A stretch of 32,000 nucleotides of DNA from Candidatus Saccharimonadota bacterium. Lineage in GTDB: Bacteria > Bacteroidota > Bacteroidia > Flavobacteriales > Blattabacteriaceae. Below, piece after piece: positions 27,401 to 32,000 of the stretch (positions within the stretch are counted from its first letter, which is position 1; every line of letters begins with the position of its first letter). The stretch spans positions 1-32,000 of the forward strand of contig NZ_OZ034981.1 in assembly GCF_964030875.1 (NCBI RefSeq), read 5' to 3'. Made by a program: the position numbers and the translations under genes. Under the pieces are notes generated by a model that saw only the letters and a list, made by a program, of their open reading frames with translations, had not been told where the DNA came from and searched no databases.

Positions 27401-27536
27401 GGAGTTCATCATGAGAAAGTGAACTAATAGTTGACTCAAACTTTTTTATTTTTGTTAAAAATTGTTTAGCGTTATGAATATCTCTTTCATTCTTATTTAC
27501 GAAGAAACTTTTTAGTATTTTTTCACGAAAATTCAT
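24498..27536 (-). CDS. secA: Preprotein translocase ATPase SecA
   Basis: DEAD-motor motifs (MATGEGKTLVATLP, IIDEIDSVLIDDARTPLVISG, TNMAGRGTDIKL, RGRSGRQGDPGSSQFF). Candidate ATG starts lie at 27560, 27542 and 27536. I prefer 27536 (MNFREKILKSFF...) by N-terminal similarity, but the start is uncertain. Confidence 0.95.
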   Translation of the reverse strand: MNFREKILKSFFVNKNERDIHNAKQFLTKIKKFESTISSLSHDELRNKTILFKKILKKKTKKIYNNIISLHKQADKEKDVDVKENLYEIIDSKKKRLYNLEEKILLEILPEAFAVIKETARRFKENVEIHVQITPFDQILYYKKKYVVLQKNIAIWKHIWDANGKPIVWDMVHYDTQLIGGVILHQGKIAEMATGEGKTLVATLPIYLNSLTGRGIHIVTISDYLAKRDAAWMAPLMEFHGLSVDCINNYFPNTYLRRKAYAADITYGTSNEFVFDYLRDNIACSIEEIVQRELNYAIIDEIDSVLIDDARTPLVISGAISQETYNEFNILKPKVENIIQQQRIQLNKTFNEAKKLIELGDPKNGVFKLLQVYRGFPKSKPLIKFINEENIRLLLKNTEYMQDKDLHKIDDNLYFIISEKNNTIELTDKGINFLSNFFIVRDIITDIVQLEYKKLPKKKENKQKEELLKEFFLKSKRLHMFNQLLKAYTFFEKNIDYIVLDGSVKIIDEQTGRIMEGRRYSDVLHQALEAKENVQIESSTQTFATITLQNYFRMYKKLAGMTGTAATESGEFGQIYKLDVVTIPPHKPVQRKDYQNLVFKTKREKYNAIINEILKISQKEKRPILVGTTSIEVSELLSRTLKLKKIHHNVLNAKLHKEEANIIAKAGNKGVITIATNMAGRGTDIKLSPEAKSAGGLAILGTECHDSRRIDKQLRGRSGRQGDPGSSQFFISLEDNLMRLFGSYRIAKVMDKLGHKEGDIIQHPLITRSIEQAQKKIEEKNFSLRKRLLEYDDVINKQREVIYRKRKNALLGERLSIDIATMLYYTIQNLVSSNKELNHFEHLQYEWVQNFASESLIKYEDFTSIKKKEIVNSLYHDALNSLQLRQEHTAAIFFTIIENIYKAQYKLIQVPITDGVRNIYAVLDIKKAYESKGKSFIRECERATVLSLIDEKWKEHLKEIDELRDSVQNAVYEQKDPLLIYKVEAFNLFQKTMNEINRETISFLFQANFSLP

Positions 27537-27747
27537 CTTCATTGAAAAAGAAATCCTCATTATTGGGATAATCTATCCATATTTCTTCTATAGATTCATA
27601 AGTATCACCGTCATCTTCAAGTTGTTGAAGATTCTCTATTACCTCCAAAGGAGCTCCACTCCGCATGGCATAATCTATAAGTTCATCTTTATTCGCTGGC
27701 CAAGGAGCATCCTCAAGATATGAGGCTAATTCTAACGTCCAGTACAT
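27523..27747 (-). CDS. Small acidic DUF2795-family protein (74 aa) overlapping the secA start
   Basis: MYWTLELASYLEDAPWPANKDELIDYAMRSGAPLEVIENLQQLEDDGDTYESIEEI matches my memory of the DUF2795 pattern (L..YL....(Y/W)PA.K.EL...A...GAP..V...L..L.....Y.S..E). ATG at 27747. Its TGA stop lies inside the secA 5' end. Confidence 0.8.
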   Translation of the reverse strand: MYWTLELASYLEDAPWPANKDELIDYAMRSGAPLEVIENLQQLEDDGDTYESIEEIWIDYPNNEDFFFNEDEFS

Positions 27748-27771
27748 CAAATAATTTTCTGATCAGAGAAG

Positions 27772-27793
27772 TAGTTAATAAATAGTTAATAAA
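27772..27793. repeat. 11-bp tandem duplication (tagttaataaa x2) in the spacer upstream of the DUF2795-secA unit
   Basis: Read directly: tagttaataaa tagttaataaa taaa. Confidence 0.85.
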
Positions 27794-27928
27794 TAAATTT
27801 TCATGATGCATTACAAGACGACTACAAAAACTGTAAATAAAATTCCGGGTATTACCTAATAAGCATAGTCGAATTTTACGCAAGTAGGAGAGGACTTATG
27901 TGTACTACATAATGCTCTTGCAGCTAGG

Positions 27929-30202
27929 TTAAAATTCTCTACGTGCTTTTTTCGCTGCTTCGACCATATTTTTAAGAGATTGTATAGTTTCTGGCCATTT
28001 ACGTGTTTTTAATCCGCAATCGGGATTCACCCAAATGTTCTTCGCGGGTAATAACCGAGTAGCCTGGTATAACAAAGAACTTATTTCTTCTACACTGGGT
28101 ATCCTAGTAGAATGGACATCGTATACGCCTGGACCGATTTCATTGGGGTATTTGAAACGTGAAAAAGCCTCAAGCAGCTCCATCTGAGAACGAGAAGTTT
28201 CTATAGTAATGACATCAGCATCCATTTTTGCAATATATTCTAGGATATCATTAAACTCGCTATAGCACATATGTGTATGTATCTGCGTGGAATCTTTTAC
28301 TCCACTAGAGGCTATTTTAAAAACATGAATAGCCCATTCTAGATATTTATTCCAATTATTTTTTTTCAATGGCAAACCCTCTCTTAGAGCAGGTTCATCA
28401 ATTTGTATGATACCTATACCTGTGCCTTCAAGGGCTAAGAGTTCATCACGAATAGACCAGGCTATTTGTCGTGCTGTTTCCGAACGAAGCTGATCATTAC
28501 GAACAAACGACCATTGTAAAATGGTAATAGGACCAGTAAGCATTCCTTTTATAGGTTTTTTTGTTTGTTTTTGAGCAAAACTACTCCATAGAACAGTCAT
28601 ATCTTTCGTCCGGCTGACATCTCCATAAATCACTGGAGGTTTTACGCAACGACTTCCATAACTCTGTATCCAGGCATTTTTCGTAGAAAGGAACCCTTTA
28701 AGTTGCTCACCGAAATATTCGACCATATCATTACGTTCGAATTCTCCATGTACTAAAACATCTAGATCTATTTGTTCTTGTTTTTGGATGACATCTTTGA
28801 TAGATGTTTCTATTTCTTTTTCATAATCCTGAAGACTCAATTTCCCTTTTTTAAAATTCGCTCGAAATTTTCTTATTTCATCAGTTTGTGGAAACGATCC
28901 TATAGTAGTAGTAGGGAATAATGGGAGTTGAAGACATTCACGTTGAATCGGCCTACGATATTCAAATGTACTGTTTCTATGAAAATCTTGCTCTTTAGTA
29001 GAGGCCATACGTTTCTTTACGTCTGAATCATGAATAATTGTTGAATCAACAGAGCGTTGATGCGATTTACTATTCTCTTTTAGAAAAAGAGTATTTCCTT
29101 CAAAAATGCAACACAAATCAGTGATTTCATGAATCTTTTGACGGGCAAAAGCCATTCGATCTTTAATTTCGGGATGAATATCAGTTTCCAAATTCAAATC
29201 AAAAGGAACGTGTATAAGAGAACAACTCGGGGCAATCATCAACCGTTCTTTTCCTAAAGCATTGGCAGCTTTCTTAAGATGTTCTAAGGAAACAGAATAT
29301 TTGTTTTTCCAAATGTTTCTTCCGTCAATAACTCCTAACGAAAGCATTCGCTCTTTAGGGAAAGAGTAAAGAATTCCGTCTAGTTGATTCGGACACCTGA
29401 CCAGATCAATGTGTAGAGCAGATACTGGAAGTTTTAACGCTAGAGAACGATTTTCATATAATCCTTCGAAATATGTAGTTAAAAGAATTTTGATACCGGA
29501 AGAATCTTGAGTAAGATGTTCATAAGCTTTTAGGAAAGCATGTTTTTCTTTCTCACTGAGATCCATTACTAAAAATGGTTCATCTAATTGTAACCAATCA
29601 GCTCCTTGTTCTTTAAGACGTTTAAATATTTCTATATATACAGGAATAAGCCTCTCTAAAAGATCAATACGATGAAACCCTTCTAGTTTTTCCTTTCCGA
29701 GCAAAAGAAAAGAAACTGGACCTATGAGTACTGGTTTAGGTACTTTACCAAGTATTTCTTTAGCTTCATTAAATTCCTCAAAAATCTTGGTACCATGTAA
29801 ATTAAACGTTTGATTAGGTAAGAACTCAGGCACGATGTAATGATAGTTTGTATCAAACCATTTAGTCATCTCCATCGCGGGAACATCAAAACCGTTTTTT
29901 TGATAACCTCGTGCCATAGAGAAATAGAGATCGATAGGGGAAATTAAAGAAATTAAAGGAGAATACCTATCTGGTATAGCGCCCAGCAAAAAAGACATAT
30001 CTAGAACATGATCATAAAAACTAAAATCATTACAAGGAACACCATCTAACTCTGATTGTAGGATCCAATGTTGTTTACGAAGTTCTTTAGCAGACTTAAA
30101 CAATTGTTCCTCTCTGATTGTTTCTTCCCAGTATTGTTCTATAGCTTTCTTTAGCTCACGATCCATTCCGATTCTAGGATAACCTAGATTGTGTTTGAGC
30201 AT
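27929..30202 (-). CDS. metE: Cobalamin-independent methionine synthase
   Basis: About 757 aa with an N-terminal LGYPRIG; C-terminal catalytic-domain Zn ligand contexts HTHMCYSEF and NPDCGLKTR; and TTIGSFPQT. I prefer the ATG at 30202 (MLKHNLGYPRIG) over the track's TTG at 30214. Confidence 0.95.
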   Translation of the reverse strand: MLKHNLGYPRIGMDRELKKAIEQYWEETIREEQLFKSAKELRKQHWILQSELDGVPCNDFSFYDHVLDMSFLLGAIPDRYSPLISLISPIDLYFSMARGYQKNGFDVPAMEMTKWFDTNYHYIVPEFLPNQTFNLHGTKIFEEFNEAKEILGKVPKPVLIGPVSFLLLGKEKLEGFHRIDLLERLIPVYIEIFKRLKEQGADWLQLDEPFLVMDLSEKEKHAFLKAYEHLTQDSSGIKILLTTYFEGLYENRSLALKLPVSALHIDLVRCPNQLDGILYSFPKERMLSLGVIDGRNIWKNKYSVSLEHLKKAANALGKERLMIAPSCSLIHVPFDLNLETDIHPEIKDRMAFARQKIHEITDLCCIFEGNTLFLKENSKSHQRSVDSTIIHDSDVKKRMASTKEQDFHRNSTFEYRRPIQRECLQLPLFPTTTIGSFPQTDEIRKFRANFKKGKLSLQDYEKEIETSIKDVIQKQEQIDLDVLVHGEFERNDMVEYFGEQLKGFLSTKNAWIQSYGSRCVKPPVIYGDVSRTKDMTVLWSSFAQKQTKKPIKGMLTGPITILQWSFVRNDQLRSETARQIAWSIRDELLALEGTGIGIIQIDEPALREGLPLKKNNWNKYLEWAIHVFKIASSGVKDSTQIHTHMCYSEFNDILEYIAKMDADVITIETSRSQMELLEAFSRFKYPNEIGPGVYDVHSTRIPSVEEISSLLYQATRLLPAKNIWVNPDCGLKTRKWPETIQSLKNMVEAAKKARREF

Positions 30203-30254
30203 AAAATTCTCCAATTTTAGGGGAAATTGATATTAAAAAAATAATACAATTCGG

Positions 30255-31208
30255 ATGAAGAAGTATCCAAAAATAGTATTTATGGGGAGCTCAAGTTTTT
30301 CTGTTGTCTCTCTTGAAGAAATTTTGAGAAAAAAATATAATGTCATTGGGGTGGTTACTGCTCCAGATCATCCTTCTGGAAGAAAACAAAAAAAAGAGAA
30401 ATTTTCGGTAAAAGAATGTGCAATTAAGAATCATCTTGCGCTTTTGCAACCAAAAAATTTGCAAAATACTGATTTTTTAGAAGTTTTACGGTCTTGGAAA
30501 GCCGATATAATTGTCGTAGTTTCCTACCGTAAAATTCCAAAGTGTATTTGGGAACTACCTCCTTTAGGTAGTTTTAATCTTCATGCTTCTTTGCTTCCAA
30601 ATTACCGTGGAGCAGCTCCAATACAGTGGGTTATTATGAATGGAGAAAAAGAAACTGGAGTCAGTACTTTACTATTAAATGATAAAATAGACACAGGAGA
30701 ATTGCTATTGCAGAGAAAAACTTTTATTGGACCAAAAGAAACTGCCGGAGATCTTTATCAAAGATTAGCTAATATAGGTGCTAATGCAGTGATTGATACT
30801 ATTCAAGGAATTATTGAAAATAAAATAAAACCTAAACCACAGTCTATAAACGGGACTATAAAAAAGGCGCCTAAGCTATTTCATAGAGATGGAAAAATTA
30901 ATTGGAAAGATTCCATAGAAACTATTTATAACAAAATTCGTGGTCTTAGTCCTTTTCTTGGAGCTTGGACGCAGTTAATGGATAATTCAGGTCAAAAATG
31001 TAAGTTGAAAATCTATTCTGCCAACTGTATACGTGAAAAACATGATATAACAGTAGGAAATATTCTCATCGATAATAAATATATGAAAGTCTCTCTAAAA
31101 GAGGGATATATTTCTATTGTAGAAGCACAAATAGAAGGAAAACGACGGATACCTGTAAAAGATATCATAAACGGAATGCAAGGAAAAAATTATACCATAA
31201 TCTACTAA
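30255..31208 (+). CDS. fmt: Methionyl-tRNA formyltransferase
   Basis: 317 aa with IVFMGSSSFSV, NLHASLLPNYRGAAPIQW, and a C-terminal tRNA-binding domain. Confidence 0.93.
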   Translation: MKKYPKIVFMGSSSFSVVSLEEILRKKYNVIGVVTAPDHPSGRKQKKEKFSVKECAIKNHLALLQPKNLQNTDFLEVLRSWKADIIVVVSYRKIPKCIWELPPLGSFNLHASLLPNYRGAAPIQWVIMNGEKETGVSTLLLNDKIDTGELLLQRKTFIGPKETAGDLYQRLANIGANAVIDTIQGIIENKIKPKPQSINGTIKKAPKLFHRDGKINWKDSIETIYNKIRGLSPFLGAWTQLMDNSGQKCKLKIYSANCIREKHDITVGNILIDNKYMKVSLKEGYISIVEAQIEGKRRIPVKDIINGMQGKNYTIIY

Positions 31209-31238
31209 GATGCTTATTAAATGTATATCCTTAACCGT

Positions 31239-31312
31239 GGCGTGGTAGCTAAGCTGGTTATAGCGTCGGATTCATAACTCGTAGGTCGTGGGTTCTAGAC
31301 CTCCCCACGCTA
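31239..31312 (+). tRNA. tRNA with CAT anticodon (Met; overall closest to initiator-type architecture, Ile2/lysidine not excluded), with several stem mismatches
   Basis: Manual fold, 74 nt. Acceptor ggcgtgg/ccacgct (G1-T72 wobble); D arm gcta-agctggtta-tagc; anticodon arm tcgga-ttCATaa-ctcgt (only 3 of 5 positions pair); variable aggtc; T arm gtggg-ttctaga-cctcc (one T/C mismatch). Confidence 0.75.
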
Positions 31313-31342
31313 CTTTTGTAGAGATTATAAAATATAGTTTCT

Positions 31343-32000
31343 ATGAAATTCATAGTTTCAAGTTCACAACTTTTAACCCAACTTAAAATATTACTTGGAC
31401 TAATTAGCAGTAGTAATGCTCTACCTATATTAGATAATTTTCTTTTTGAATTACAGGGAGATAAGCTTATTATTACTTCGTCCGATTTAGAGACTACTAT
31501 AAGTTGTAAAACGCAAGTAAATTCTTACACAGTAGGTAAAATAGCAGTTACAGCAAGGTTTATTACTGATATAATCAAAAATTTTGATGAGCAAACACTT
31601 ACGTTTTCTACAAGAAGAGATACTCTAGAAATTACTTCAGAACAAGGATCTTATTCTTTACCATTTAAAAATGGGGAAGAATTTCCTAAAGCTCCGATTC
31701 TAGAGAGGCAAAATATGTTGCTGTTAAAAACAAATACTTTATTAAAGGTGATCAATAAAACTCTTTTTGCTACTAGTTCCGATGAATTTTTACTAGTAAT
31801 GACGGGTGTTCTTTTCCAACTGACTCCAGAAGGATCTACTTTTGTCGCTACCGATGCTCATAAACTGGTTAAACATGTGATAAAAGATTTAAAGACCGAA
31901 AAAATTACTGAATTCATTCTTCCCAAGAAACCATTGAAGCTGCTTAAAAATATGCTTTCTGAAGAAGGGGAGCTAACTATAGAATATAATGAAACTAATA
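31343..32000 (+). CDS. dnaN: DNA polymerase III beta subunit (sliding clamp), 5' part; continues beyond the window
   Basis: This ORF is not in the ORF track because it runs off the window end. My translation from ATG 31343 is MKFIVSSSQLLTQLKILLGLISSSNALPILDNFLFELQGDKLIITSSDLETTISCK...VATDAHKLV..., a typical beta-clamp N-terminus with no stops to nt 32000. Confidence 0.9.
   Translation, partial: MKFIVSSSQLLTQLKILLGLISSSNALPILDNFLFELQGDKLIITSSDLETTISCKTQVNSYTVGKIAVTARFITDIIKNFDEQTLTFSTRRDTLEITSEQGSYSLPFKNGEEFPKAPILERQNMLLLKTNTLLKVINKTLFATSSDEFLLVMTGVLFQLTPEGSTFVATDAHKLVKHVIKDLKTEKITEFILPKKPLKLLKNMLSEEGELTIEYNETN

Noticed and set aside
1-32000. Possible UGA recoding, as in some tiny symbiont genomes
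   Set aside because: TGA terminates argC, argD, carA, prfB and the DUF2795 gene at the lengths expected from homologues. RF2 is intact. No conserved gene shows in-frame TGA.
1-32000. CRISPR arrays, insertion sequences, integrases, prophage or defence-island content
   Set aside because: There are no spaced direct repeats, no terminal inverted repeats and no transposase, integrase or nuclease-type orphan ORFs. All substantial ORFs have clear housekeeping or biosynthetic identities.

Overview
This window reads as a stretch of a highly reduced, AT-rich bacterial genome (by eye about two-thirds A+T, not computed). Protein similarities and gene order point to a Flavobacteriia/Bacteroidota-type obligate insect endosymbiont of the Sulcia/Blattabacterium/Uzinura/Walczuchella kind. 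That assignment is an inference; I cannot name the organism from the sequence alone.

The content is almost entirely housekeeping and essential-amino-acid biosynthesis:
- dnaE, carrying an N-terminal proofreading exonuclease domain
- a gap-free arginine block: GNAT-argG fusion, argC, argD, carA, carB, argF', argB
- a thioredoxin and tRNA-Asp
- a roughly 1 kb decayed aspS relic
- thrA-thrB-thrC
- clpB (-), prfB, secA (-) with an overlapping DUF2795 gene (-), and metE (-)
- fmt, a tRNA-Met(CAU), and the 5' part of dnaN

I see no CRISPR array, transposase, integrase, phage, toxin-antitoxin or defence-like cassette, and no large unexplained ORF. I do not think a novel multi-gene system is present, and I prefer to say so.

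What deserves a second look are genome-erosion and gene-architecture signals:
1. argF' is split by a frameshift inside an A10 run, and removing one A restores it.
2. carB has no stop codon before the argF' start.
3. aspS is a pseudogene sitting next to tRNA-Asp, with a slippage-expanded PQSPQ motif.
4. There are in-frame exonuclease-DnaE and GNAT-ArgG fusions.
5. A GC-elevated 194-bp convergent spacer between prfB and secA has unknown content.
6. A DUF2795 gene is retained and overlaps secA.
7. Smaller oddities: a Trx CNSC active site, a mismatched tRNA-Met, RF2 without a programmed frameshift, and zero-spacer junctions.
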